The translations under genes were made by a program, and so were the position numbers. This document shows positions 24,674 to 37,551 of a DNA stretch of 64,000 nt, in pieces. Source of the stretch: Felis catus (taxonomy: Eukaryota); the NCBI RefSeq assembly GCF_018350175.1, contig NC_058368.1, positions 228,410,001-228,474,000 on the forward strand. Direction: 5' to 3'. How positions within the stretch are numbered: the stretch's first letter is position 1; every line of letters begins with the position of its first letter. A model generated the notes under the pieces. The model saw nothing but the letters and a program-made list of their open reading frames with translations, made no database searches and was not told where the DNA came from.

Positions 24674-25693
24674 GGAGGGGTGAAACTGGCACCATTCAGC
24701 TACCCAGTCTGTTCTCCCAGATCTGCAATGGCGCACTGGTCCTCCGTCTTCAGCTCTCCTCCACTCCCGGCTTTTTCACTCTCCGTGACCAGGCCCCAGG
24801 CAGTACCTCTCTCCCAAGTTTTGACTCAGATGTGGCTGTTTTCCCTGGCCCCTCACTTCCCAAGGACTGCGGCTTTGACCCGTTCCCACCCCTCTGCGGG
24901 AGGGTCTCACCGAGCAATGGCCCAACGATGGCCGAATGTCAGCTGCGCCCAGGAACGCCTGCTGGACCCTGCTGGTGCCGGAGCCCCGAGACTGCGGCCG
25001 GGTGCCAGCCCACTCCAGAAAAGTTCCTGAGACAGCGTAGCAGCAGCTTTTCAGGGAGTATGGAAAATCGCAACACACACCTGGCACCAGGCTTCACCCT
25101 TAATGACCTTGTTCCAGCACCAGCGAATGTGGCTGCTTTCTGGGGTCTGCCGGGACCAGGTGGCTCCACCAAATGTCTTTCCGGCAGTGGAACCGCTTTT
25201 CCCCGTGTGGCCAGAGAACCTCCCGGACCCCACTCTGTTCCCGGGGATTCGCCCTTCCCACCAGAGCACTGCCAGGTATGGAAACGCGGAGTTGCAGCCT
25301 TTGCGCTCCCCTTGTTTAAGTCTTAATGGAATTTAAACCCTCGCCTTTCTCCCTTCTCCTTTCTCCCTTTTTAGTTTAGTCCCTGCGGCTGTTTCCAATT
25401 TTCCACTTTCTCTCCAGCTGCTTTTGGGGAGGGGTGCTTTTCCCGTATTCCCTGTCCCCCTCCCCCAGTCTCCATCCTCTCTCTGCCTGCAAAAGCAGTT
25501 CCCTGCCCGCCGTCGGCTTCTCTCTCCCCAAGTTCACCTCTCTGTGCCACGTACCTGCTGAATTCTGTGGTTTAGGTTTTGCAGATTGTTGTGTTAATCC
25601 TCCCATCAGTTTTCTAGGTGTGTAGGATGGTTTAGTGTTGATCTGGCTGTATTTCATGGATGCGAGACACACAAAAAGCTTCCATGCTGTTCT

Positions 25694-25703
25694 GCCATCT
25701 TGG
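25694..25703 (-). promoter_or_regulatory. YY1 site at the L1 5' end
   Basis: CCAAGATGGC on the minus strand, the canonical L1 internal-promoter YY1 position. Confidence 0.7.
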
Positions 25704-25780
25704 CTCCCCCCCCCCCCCCAGTCTGAAGCTCTCAGGTTTATGGTAATTGGTTGTTCAGAAATAAATAACAAATGCAAACC

Positions 25781-26148
25781 TGTTTTAGTCATTGTAGGCT
25801 GCTCTCATGTATACTGTGGACTGAGTAGCTTAGATAAGAGACATTTATTTCTTATACTTCTGGAGGCTGGAAGTTCAAGATCAAGGTGTCTGCAGATCTG
25901 GTGTCTGATGAGAGCCTGCTTTCTAGTTTGCAGATGTACATCTTTTCTTTGTCTCCTCATGTGGTAGACAGCAGAGACAGGGAGCGGGCTCTCATGCCTC
26001 TTCCTGTAAGGGCACTAATCCCAGTCATGAGCGTGCCACCCTTGCGATTTAATTATCTCCCCAAAGTCTCACCTCCTAATGCCATCACCTGGGGGTTTAG
26101 GATTTCAAAATATGGATTCTGGAAGAGAGAAACATTCAGTATGTAACA
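25781..26148 (-). mobile_element. MaLR LTR (MLT1A-like)
   Basis: tgttttagtc...ctggaggctggaagttcaagatcaagg...aacattcagtatgtaaca. Confidence 0.8.
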
Positions 26149-28459
26149 ACACTCCATGTCAACGGAAGCTACATTGAAAAATACTGCCTATAAATCCTTC
26201 AATACGGGTTGCCTAAGTTGATCAATTTTTTAGTGACCTTTCTCAACAGAATAAATTTCAACTAACTGGATTATTGCACGCTCAAATCATGTGGCATCAT
26301 GAACACCTGATGTGGTCTTCACGCACAGAACGTAACGGATGCTCAGAAAGTTTGCTACAGGAATGATACGTAAACTCAGACTGCAATGGAAACCATGACT
26401 CTCTAAGAGCGCCACCTTCAGCTTCTGTTAAAGAAAACCACACAGGGAGTAAGCGTGAAACACCACTGGCTTAAAAAGTTGTCCAGTTGGGGATTTATCC
26501 AACATCCAGGTTAGGAGTATTTGTTTGGCTAAACGTTTGTAGTTTTCACCTGGTTATTTATCACTGCATAATCACAGCCATATTTCCCACCTTGAGTAAT
26601 TTAAGGAAAGCTTCTAGTGTTTATGTGGATGTTTCCTCGAGGACTTTGATAATTCTGCTCATCAGGCTCATTTCATCCTGTAGGGATGGCGATGTGGCTT
26701 CTCTGATCCCAATGCTGACATTCACATAATTCCACTGCAGATAATAGGAGGGGAAGGGGAGCAAATTGTCATTGGGGGGATCTAGGGCCAAATCAAAAGA
26801 GGGCAATATCTGTACTCCCCTTCTTTCTTTTTCAAGGCTCAACTGAATATATGCAACATGTTGTCCATCCAGTGACTCCTACATTTTCAAGCCTCCTCTG
26901 CAGCTAGGGGTGGCCACATGGCCCTGTTTTAGACCGTGTGGAGTGAGCACAGCTTTGGGATCACATTTTTTTTAATAAGAAGATGGTTACTGTCACTCTC
27001 CTTCACTCCCTTTCCATTGGCTGGGCAGTGGCAGACTGGAGCTACTTCCTGGAATGCAGAGATGGGAAAGAAAATGTGTAGGACTGCTCACAAGGTACAC
27101 TGGGGGCCAGCGGTGCACGCCCCCCCCCCCCCCGCTTTGCATTCAGTAGCATCTTGTTGGTAGCTTGGCATCTGAATATTTACACTGTGGAAGTTGACAA
27201 ATGCTACAAATCAGGATTTTTTTTTTTTTGTTTTTTTTGCTTATTTTGAGAGCTGGTTTTAAACTTTTACCAGCGATATCACCAGATAAAAGTGCTATGC
27301 TGAGGATTGCAACCTTGACCTTCCAGTCTGGATCTGCAGGGACAGACTCCTCACCTGGACTGCTTACCTCCAAGGGCCACATAGGTGAGAAACACCATCC
27401 ATCTCACTTCAGTCCCTGGGGGGTAGAGTCTTAGTACAGCAGCTCAGCTGCTACTCTAAGGCAGGCCCAGAATTCTGAGCTGGGGGCCACCTGCCCGACT
27501 TCTACACACTCCCTCGGTGCTCTACTCTGACTGCCTCACCACTCTGAAAGACACTGCACTGGAGTCTGGGAACTTTATCTTCTCCCCCTTGTATTTCTGA
27601 AAAGGATCCACTTGCCGGGTCTCAGATATCAAATATCCCTGTAACAGACTCTGCCACAGGGTTACGGCCTTGATCTTCCCAGACTGGCAGGTCTTTCATG
27701 TGGATTGCACATCGAAGAGTCCTCTGGAAGCTGCTTCTGATGGAGCTTGTGGGGAGGACATGGCCCCGTGGCTGGAATTTGCTCTGCGGTTCCATGGTGC
27801 CTGGGAAGCCAAGGGGAGGCTCTCCAGGAACTCCTTCACTCTGTTGGCTTCTGAGTGTGTTAGCAAATTTTCTGTTCAGCAGGCCCCTCCCCTGATTTCT
27901 TATCCTCTGAGATTTCAGGGTGAATAACAGTGCTTTTACTGGCACCACACTGTAGGCCTTCCCGGGCACTTCCATATCTGCTGTGTCACTTGATCCTGTG
28001 AGGCAGCAGGACTCAGGTCAGCATACCCACCGCCTCTCAGGCAAGGGCCAGAGATGTTCATTGCTCTCCCAAGTTTGTACTGAGCCGGAAAGAAGCCACG
28101 TCTCTGAGTCCTACTGCTCTGCTGCACAGGTGACTGCCTGCACTGTGAAATCACCAGGCCTGGGATTGGATTTTTCACTAACGCTGGTTGCATAAGGGAT
28201 CCCAGCTTTGATTTCCTCATTTGTAAAATGGGACTAGGAGTTCTATCTCATGGCTTATCGTGGCAATCAGATGACACTCAGCACAGTGTATGTCATAGAG
28301 GTAGCATCCAGTGGATGGCACCAGCCAGGGCAGGGCTGGCTGTCCATTGTTGCTCTTTTTCCAGACTTTGTCTCTATTTGATCCCAGCATTACCTCTGGA
28401 TTCAGAGGCTGGAGAAGGAGCAAGGTAGAAGAAAGGGTCCTTTTCGTAAGCAACTGAAT

Positions 28460-28945
28460 AGAATTAAAGTTGTCAAAGGGGTCACGATGGCCTTTTGCTC
28501 AAAACCCAGTTCATCGCCTCACACACTATTTAAGCTCCCTACAGCAGGCTGCGAATTCATTGCACCACCGGTTATTTTTCCCTGGCCAGGTTCCTGGGCA
28601 TCAGTATCGACTGAGGGGGGGCAGCTGTGGAGTCATGCCCACGCCTCCCCTCTGGAGCGCCAACCCTCCCATAGAAAAGGGTCTGGCTCTTTCATGATCT
28701 CATTTCAGAGAGATGGCTTCCAGATCCTTGAGGGAGACTGTGAGGCCTAAAGCTGAGAAGCCCATTTAGCTTTTAAAAAGATTTACATATATTTCAAAGA
28801 GATAGAGAAAGGACTTACAATTGTAAATTTTCCTTAAAAAATTGCTCTAAGAAAAGGGAGGAGGGAGGAGTTTCTTCTCATTTCTGTTGTATCTACCCTC
28901 ATATCTGTTCATTTCGGGGGAGTAAAAGCAACTCTCCTTCCCTGT
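28460..28945 (-). mobile_element. Older ERV1-class LTR remnant
   Basis: agaaaggacttacaattgtaaattttcc..tgctctaagaaaagggagg motif of MER34/MER41-like LTRs; boundaries uncertain. Confidence 0.5.
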
Positions 28946-28974
28946 AGAAGACTTCATTTAAAATGACACCTGCC

Positions 28975-29197
28975 AGGGCGCCTGGGTGGCTTAGTTGGTT
29001 GAGTGACTGACCCTTGATTTTGGCTCAGGTCATGATCTCATGGTTTGGGAGACCGAGCCCTGTGTCAGCCTCTGTGCTGACAGCGCAGATCTTGCTTGGA
29101 ATTCTCTCTCTCCCTCTCTGTCTGTCCCTCCCTGACCCATATGTGCACCCACACTCGCTATCTCTCAAAATAAATAAATACACATTAAAAAAGAAAA
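28975..29197 (+). mobile_element. CAN-SINE
   Basis: gggcgcctgggtggcttagttggtt..., (CT)-rich tract, A tail. Confidence 0.95.
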
Positions 29198-31074
29198 GGT
29201 GATACCAGCCGGCCTGGTTGCCTTGGTTGGGCCAAGCTGTTCTCTTCCTAGAAAACTCTTCCTGATGGCTGAAGAACCTGGAGATTGATGGGTCTGGAAT
29301 GGGTCAATACCCATGGTGAGAAGGGTTTCAGGACATGTAAGAAGGGCCTTGGACAGGGTGAGAGAGATTTCCAGGCAAAGCAAAAAGGGCTTTGAAAGAG
29401 ATTCTGTTGTTGGAGTCTACATTTCTCTATTTTATAAGGTATGACAGACAATGACCCGATAAAATTAGATATTGTTATTGCAAATCTGATGGCAACCTCA
29501 TGTACATAGTGGAGGAGTATTTAATACTCAGCACCCACGAACCCACAGCATCCTCACGTGGGGCCAGTTGGCATAACCGAGAGAGCGAACGATGCCTAAC
29601 AGTGCAGCAAGGATTTACATGGTGCTCTGTGATCCCCAGGTGTGGAAGTCTCCCCTGCTGATCTTCCCTTCCCATGGAAGATGCCTCATCCTAGATATTT
29701 TTCTCCCCATCTTTTCTAATAGTAACGACACCATCCACTTTGCATGTAATGTGTAGGCATCGCTGCTTGCATTATCTGATACACTCCTACCAACAGGACT
29801 TTTTTAGAGATGAAAACACTGAGGCTCAGAGTTCCTTGCTGTAGGTCACACAGCTAACGCAGAGTCAGGACAAAATCGGGCCAAGTGGGCAGAATTCTAG
29901 GATGCGTCTAGTGGCTCTGACAGTAAGCTCTATTCCAACCCCAATTTAGAAGTTTGGGGAAGGAGTGTTGGTCAAAATCTCGGATACAATCCATCCCCAG
30001 GATTCTTAGAATTGCAGACCATGATCCATTCATGGGCCAGGATATCAATTTTACTGGCTCGCAAACCACCCACATTGAAAAAAGTGATAGGGAAGAGAAT
30101 ATAAAATATCACAGTAACCACATGTAGAAAGGGTAAGTACTGGTTAGTGAGCTTTGCTTTCACTTATAAATGTATGGAATCAAATTGTTAATATGCAAGG
30201 CTACAATGTCTTGATATCCACAACCTTTTCATTTCACAGATGGAGACACTGAGGTCCACAGGGAGTGAGGGGGTGGTCTGAGGTTACAAAGCTAATTATC
30301 AGCAAAGCCCTGAATGGAACCGAAGGCACTTTTTGTTTTACCGTGTGTGCATTCTTCTTTCTTTGTCCTCCTTTTCGATCCCTCTGTAATACAGCACTGG
30401 GAGCTCAAAATCTCATCTCCCGTCAGTGTTAGACAGTGGCTTAATAGGGCTTAGCTTTTCAGAACAGAAATGAGTCCTGTTTGTTTTGAAAGGAAAGCTA
30501 AACTGAACAGGCAACTGGCTGTTGAATAAAGGTCTTGTGGGATCAGGGCAAAAACAAAAAGCTTGTTTGTGAAGCTTCTTGGGGGACCTGGGAATTGAGA
30601 ACTCCAGGTGGTCCTGAGAAGCAGCTGAAATTTCCCTGCTCTACTGGGTTCTACATGCAGGAGAAGGCAATACATGCCCGAGGAACTGCAAAACCCAGGC
30701 TAACCTTTGCTGGAGAGCTGGAGCCTTCGCAAAGGGCACGATAACCACCGCGTTGATTGCAAAGCCCTCCATAATTGGAGACGGGAGGGAGGCAATGGTG
30801 ACCCAGCTCGCTGAAGGAGGGGTGGGCATGATGAATCACAGATTTGATTTCCCTAGTGTGGCACGCAAAGCCTTGGGGCATGCCATTTAGCTGTTTGGTG
30901 TCTTAGTTTCTCATCTGTAAAATAGAGATAAAAATCCTTCATTATCTTGCAAAGCTGGATGTGGGGATTAGTTAGGTGCAATACGAAGATGAGTAAGGGT
31001 TATAAATTTTTACAACTGTTAAAAAAAGAAAAGGAGGAAGAAGGCATGAGGAAAGAACAGAAGCCAAATGTTAC

Positions 31075-32050
31075 TGTTCATTAAAGTCAGGTCCTAAGCA
31101 TCTAAATTACATGGCCTGTGTTATTTTCTCAAATTGTAAAAACTACCTTGCATCCTTAAATGATATTTTTATTTTTATGAATAAAAGACTTCTTCCTGAA
31201 GTCTTCCTGAAGTCACTGAAAGAACTCCCAGTGGCCAAATGCTGGAACAATTTGAGCAAGAAAATAAATAAAGTAGTATTGGACTATAACTCAGAGTATA
31301 AGATAAATATCCCTGAGTCTATACTGACATAAAGGAGTGAGTTAATACATGCGAGAGAAGAGACAAGTCTGTTCAGAATTCCAAATAATTCATGCGATAC
31401 TCTACCCTCAAAGAGGTGAAGCATAACCTCCTCTTCTTATGTGTGGGCTGCCCCTAGAGACATCCTTCTAAAAGTACCACATGGAAAGGGTTGAGGAGAA
31501 GAATAACTTTGTGGTGGAAAAAATCTGACAACCACTACCTCTGCCAGGTGGTCAAAGTCAACATCAGTTGTGACAAGTCATGTTGATAATAGGTACCCTT
31601 GATATCATGTGATGAGAGTGGCCCTTTACCTCTTTTGTCTTTCTCCCAAACCCATGAGCACAGTCTAGTCAAGAGAAAGCCATCGGACAAGCCCAAATTG
31701 AGGCACAGCCTATGTAATATCTTACTACTACTCCCTAAAACTGTCAAGGACATCAAAAACAAGGAAACTCTGAGTCTTATGGGCAAGAAGACCCTAAGGA
31801 GATGTGATAAGTAAATATAATCCTGGATGAGGTGCTGGAAAAGAAAAAGGACATTAGGTGAACACTAAGAAAGTCAGAATGAAGTATGGAATTTAATTAA
31901 TAGTGATTAGTGTTGGTTCTTTAATTGTGACAAATATACCATACTAATGAAAGATGCTAATAGGGAAAACTATGTGAAGCATATTAGGACTCTTTGTATT
32001 ATCCTTGTACTTTTTCCCTAAAAAGTATTCTGATATAAAAACTTTATTTA
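31075..32050 (+). mobile_element. Old L1M 3' end
   Basis: L1M 3'UTR-like sequence ending aactatgtgaagcatattaggactctttgtattatccttgtactttt; boundaries approximate. Confidence 0.7.
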
Positions 32051-32064
32051 AAAAAGACTTTCTA

Positions 32065-32270
32065 GGGGCACCTGGGTGGCTCAGTCGGTTAAGCGTCTGA
32101 CTTCGGCTCAGGTCATGATCTCGCTGTTCATGAATTTGAGCCCCATGTTGGGCTCTGTGAGCTCAGAGCCTGGAGCCTACTTTGGATTCTGTGTCTCCCT
32201 CTCTCTCTGTCCTCCCCTGCTCCCACTATGTCTCTGTCTCTCTCAAAAATTAATAAACATTAAAAAAAGA
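32065..32270 (+). mobile_element. CAN-SINE (feline type)
   Basis: ggggcacctgggtggctcagtcggttaagcgtctgacttcggctcagg. Confidence 0.95.
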
Positions 32271-34960
32271 ATTTCTAATCTAAAAATCATGTTAATTTTC
32301 AGATCAGTTTCAGCAGATACATATGGCATGCTTGCCAAGTGACAGGCACATAGTCCCTGATCTCAAAGATTTTAAAATATTCAGGGGGCACATGTGTAAA
32401 CACACACTGGGATGTGGGAAGACATAGAATGGCATAATGCTACACACTGTGAATGCCGAGACCATGGAGAGGGGATGATTACATTCCCCTAGTGCTGGGG
32501 CATTCCTCCAACAGCTCGTTAGCAGCATCTATCTTTACCAGTTGGGTGAGTGGCGGTGCTATGAGAAGGAGCCCACTGGGTGGTGGGCATTTAGTTTTGA
32601 ACCTGTTGAATTTGAGGTGCTTATAGGATACCCAAGTTTAGATATCCAGTAAGAAGTCCAGTGTGTGGGTCTGCTTGCAGGTATGGACTTGGGTATCATC
32701 AATCTTTAAACAGTAACTAAGGCAGATGATATAGGAAGCGTGTGATAGTACTTTTGCTAAGAGAATAGTATTGATCTGTGAGTTATAGTGTAGCTTAGAT
32801 GAAGAACCAGAGGCCCGGCCGTGCCAATTACTAACTGAAACAGAGGCAAATTGTTTTAGCTTCTGAGCCACAATTTTCTAATCTGTAAAATGGGGATAGC
32901 AATGTCCCTGGTCTTCTCTACCTTTTAGGTTTGATGGGGAGGGGTATATCAGAGGACATTATACGGGTCCTTTGTATTCTGTAAAGAGCTACAGAGATGT
33001 AAGACATCCATTGTGTCACTGTTTAGTGCTACCAAGTAAATTCACTTAAAAACTGGTATCCCTAACTGCTTAGCTTTCTAAAGGCTCTGGTTTAATTGGA
33101 TGCCAATTTTTTTTAGAAACAAATTTTAAATATCATGGTTATTTGCACACTACATAGGGAGATCTTTGCAAGTCAAGGCTCTTAGCTCCTGATCAACTTC
33201 TCTTCCTAAACCGTTGACAATATTGCATTTCTTATCATCTCTTAGTACTACTTCCAGGGGGAACCTAGAAGCCATTTTTGAAATTTTTCCAGTGCAATTA
33301 TGTCTTTTATAACAAGTAGGTGTTCTGTTTGTAAAACTTTCTAATAAAACCTTTGCCTGAAGTTCTTGTCTGTTTTATGAGCACGACACGGTAGGACATG
33401 AAGAAATGGAGAAACCAATACCGTTCTCACTGCAGAAATCAGGCAATTTTTTCAGAATGAGGGCTGAGAGACCAACTAAGCCCAAGAATATATTCAACTT
33501 GGGTGAAAATCAAAGGAATGAAGAAGCATGAATCATGCATGCTAGAGAGTTGATTCCTGGCTTTCATACTGAGGCTTGACAGACAGAGATTTCTTCTCAG
33601 TTAACGTAAGCGTACATGCTCTCCAGGTGTGAGCTTGACTGCTGGCCATGGATTTTCCCTGCTATTAACCTTTTCAAAGTTTCCAGCATTGGAATTAAGG
33701 GACTCTGTCTGAGTTTTCATTATGAGGGGGTACAGTCTGTGACCTATTCATACTAAGTGTTCACTTCCTTTTGCCTGAAGCTCATCCACTGCCCTGCCAC
33801 CTGGCAAGTTCCAACAAATGTCATGGAAAAAACAGAGGTAGAGCTGTAATGAAAAGTGAGCCTTTTTCCCCCCTCCTTTAGAGCACACAGACAGTGTTCT
33901 TTCTCAATTAATAACCACCTACTGACGGTGTAGCCTTTTGAGTGACTCCGGCAGTAGCATCGAGCTCTCGCTGAAGGCCGTTTAGAGCAGCCCCCCGTGT
34001 GGGAATGATAATCTGCCTTTTGAAAACTTTGTTTGATATGTATTTTTTTTTTAAAAGTCTGAATAAGAGGAGAATGAAAGTGAACTAAATGGAATTAAGT
34101 TAGAAGCTAGATCTTTGTGATAAAACATAGGGTGTTTCAATGTAGGAAAATATTGATCCTGACATGTCTCTCCTAGGGAAGAAAGATTTATCAGCTCTAC
34201 AGTCAGATCCTGAAGAGGCAATTTCTCAGTTCACTTAAAGGGAGTGTGACGTACCCAGAAAGAATAATTTTGGTGAAATATTTGTCTAGTGAGGAGTAGG
34301 GTCATATTCTTTTATTTTCTCACCTTTTTTTTTTCTAATTCAAGGCACAGATGATCTTAAGCCATATTTTAGCAACTTGTGTTTGAATCCCATACCTTCC
34401 ATTGAGAAGCTTTGTGACTTCAGACCTGGGGGTTAAGAGTTTTGAGGCTGATTGTCTTCATTATATTAGGATATTAATTTACATTTCGTAAAGTTATTGA
34501 GAAGACTCAATGCAAAATATCTATAGGCATTACAAATATGTGCCTTGTTGCTATATTGCCCTCTCACTTTCAGACATGACAAGGCAATATTTGTAAATGC
34601 TCAAAGAAAAAGATAACTTAAGCCAACTGTAATGTAAGCCACACCTAAGTTAATTGTGATCTGAATGGTGAAGTTGTGTAAGACTTGCCTCCAGTGGAAG
34701 GTGGCCAACTTAAATGTTATCGTGCAGATCCAAGGTCATGGTGAAATCAAGGGAAAGTGAACACCACTCAGTAATTTGAAGAAGACATTCGGAAACCTGA
34801 GAGAACCTAATGCTGGGGAGAATGTGAATGAGTAGAACAGCTGGAGCTGGTGCTGTTAAGGGTCATTCTCCCAGTGTGACCCCAGGGAGAGCTGGTTGGA
34901 GTGATTCAGTCGGCACCTCTGTGCTTCCAGGTATTTGGTTTCAGGGCCTTCCCGCCTACG

Positions 34961-35405
34961 TGTTGTGGGTTGAATTGTGTCTCCCGCCAACCCACAAAGG
35001 TGTTGAAGTCCTAACCCCCCAGGATTTCAAGTGGCTTTACTTGGAAATAGGGTCTTTGTAGATGATCAAGTAAAGATTATTAGGATGATCCTTAATCCAA
35101 TATGACTGGTATCCTTTTTTTATAAGGGAAAATTCAGAAATAGAGACAGATAGATACATACAAAGGGAAGATGATTCTTCAATCAATAGGGAGAATACCG
35201 TCAATAAGCCAGGAAACATCTGAGGCTACCAGAAGCTAAGGGAGATGCATGGAATAGATTCTCCTTCACATCCTCCAAAAGGAACCAACTCTGTCAATAT
35301 CTTGATTTCGGATTTCTAGTCTCCAGAACTGTGAGACAATAAATATCTGTTGTTAAAGCCACCCAGTCTTGTTACTTTGTTATGGCAGCCTCAGGAAATT
35401 AATAT
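34961..35405 (+). mobile_element. MaLR LTR (MLT1)
   Basis: tgttgtgggttgaattgtgtctcc...ccagaactgtgagacaataaa...ttgttatggcagcc. Confidence 0.85.
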
Positions 35406-35927
35406 ATCACTCTTTGCTAGAGAGGAAAATATTGATAGTTACTTGTCTGCTTCCTTCATTGACTGGAACATAAGCTGCGTACCTTGTTTATCTCCATTGT
35501 GGTACCTAGAACTGTGCCTGGGTAGGTGCACCACAATCTATATTTGTTGAATTGTTGCTGTTGGGCCTAGCATGGGAGTGACAAATGCAGGAGTCATGGA
35601 GTCCTGATTTGACTGAATCAAATGAAGCATACTAATGCTAAGCACAGATTTGCTCTGGAATGTGACCTCCAATCAACAAATAAACCATCCCCAAATGGTA
35701 GATATACTATGCTCTGATCTGCAAAGGATATCTGATAATTAGGATGGCCTTGCTGTTGCTCTCATATAATCAAAACTGGATTATAAATATTTAACACATA
35801 ACTGGCATGCAAAATGAATACTAAGCACTTATATTTAGATATTTTTTTAACTTCTCTAGCAAGCTTCTGACTTACCCTTGGAAACCAGCAATTTGTAAGA
35901 TCTATCTAAATTATTCTGGTGAGGTTC

Positions 35928-36415
35928 TGTATTAGTTTTCTATTGCTCCCATAACAAATTACCAAAAATTTAGTGACACGAATTTACTCTCCTACAGTTC
36001 TGGAGGTCAGAAGTCTAAAGTGGGCCTCACTGGGCTCTGTGGGCAAGGCTGTGTTCCCTCTGCAGGCCCAAGGGGAAGAATCTATTTCCGTACGTTTTCC
36101 AGCTCTTGGATACTGCTTGCATTTTGTGGCTTAGGGCCAGCCCACTCCCACCTTCAAAGCCAGCGATGGCCACTTGGATTCTTCTCCTGCAGCCATCTCT
36201 CTGGTTCTGACATTTTACTGTTTTCTTACCAATTTAGAGGGAATTGTGATTACCTTAGGCCCACCTGGATAATACAGGCTACTCTTTTTTTCTTAAAGTC
36301 AGCTAGTTAGCAAACTTAACTGTTTGCAAACTGAATTTCCTCCTGCCATATAACATACCACAGCTTCCAGAGATAGTACATGGTCATCTTGGGGAGGCCA
36401 TTATCATTCTGCTGC
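35928..36415 (-). mobile_element. MaLR LTR (MLT1)
   Basis: tgtattagttttctattgctcccataacaaattacc...ctggaggtcagaagtctaa. Confidence 0.8.
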
Positions 36416-37162
36416 TGTAGAGTTGGAGAACACAGGTGGCATCATTATTTTATTCTGCCTGCCATGGGTGCTCTCCCATGAGAGACAACATTACTGTCCG
36501 GGGTTAGAGGGCTTTCTTCCGGTTAAGCCAATGTCACACTCAAAAACGTAATCTTGGGGTTGATTTATGAGAGTGAGACAAGAATGTGGGTTTTGAAACA
36601 GGCCTAAGGACAGCTCTTCACAAAAATCTATTCTGCAGTGCATTAATAAACCATATATGGAAAAAAAAAGGTGTTTCATGGTCAAATCACACTGAGAATG
36701 CAGATTAAGCAAAACTAATTCTGCTATTTCTTGGCAGAAAGAGTTAAAGAACTTTCTTTCTGTGCATTGTGGTTCTTCAGGAAGGCTACCACAGCATACA
36801 GGGCCCCCAGATTATTTGGCTCCAGAAAGCTTGTTTTGCAGAGCATTTTGTGCGGCTAATGATCTGTGGAACACGCTGTGAGACATTCTGATATACAATA
36901 TATTTTAGAGCCCTGAAAAGAACTAGGAGCCTCTCTGGACTGAAGCATATATATTGGAAATTGGCTTCTAGAGTTCCCAACACTTAATTGCACTGACAGT
37001 TCCTAAAACAAATGAATCATTACCTGGGGATTGAAAATAAGCTTGCTACTTAGAAATCTTCATAGCAGGAAGGTATAGGAGGCTATCTTGACATCCTGTT
37101 AATTCAACATACCCAAAGCTGAACTTGCCATCTTCTTCCTCTCTCTTCCTGACCTATCTTAC

Positions 37163-37551
37163 TATTATAGGCTGAGTTGTGTCCTCCTCACATTCATATG
37201 CTGACGTCCTAACCACCCCCACCTTCGCACCATACCTCAGAATGTGGCTGTATTTGGAGGAAGGATCTTTAAAGAGGTCATTAGGTTAAAATAAGGTCAT
37301 TGGTGTAAGCCCTATCCAGTAAGACTGGTGTCCTTATAATGAGAGGAGATTAGGGTACACACAGTTACAGAGGGAAGACCATATGAAGACACAGGGAGAA
37401 ATCTGCTATCTATCAGCCATAGAGAAGGACCTCAATCCTGCTTACACTTTGATCTTGGACTTCTGGCCTGTAGAATTGTGAGAAAATAAATTTAGGGTGT
37501 TTAAGCCACGCAGACTGATACATTTTTATGGCAGCCCTAGAAAACTAATGC
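37163..37551 (+). mobile_element. MaLR LTR (MLT1B-like)
   Basis: ggctgagttgtgtcctcc...atggcagccctagaaaactaat. Confidence 0.85.

Larger units (their letters stand above)
17464..25720 (-). mobile_element. Full-length feline-type LINE-1, disabled
   Basis: 5' end (G)n-AGCCAAGATGGC at 25720, GC-rich 5'UTR, ORF1 and ORF2 homology, 3' polyA; degenerate TSD gtcttaaggt (17454-17463) / gtctgaagct (25721-25730). Confidence 0.95.

Noticed and set aside
32076..32342. MAQSVKRLTSAQVMIS-type ORFs (also 40921, 48893, 60952)
   Set aside because: Standard CAN-SINE translations.
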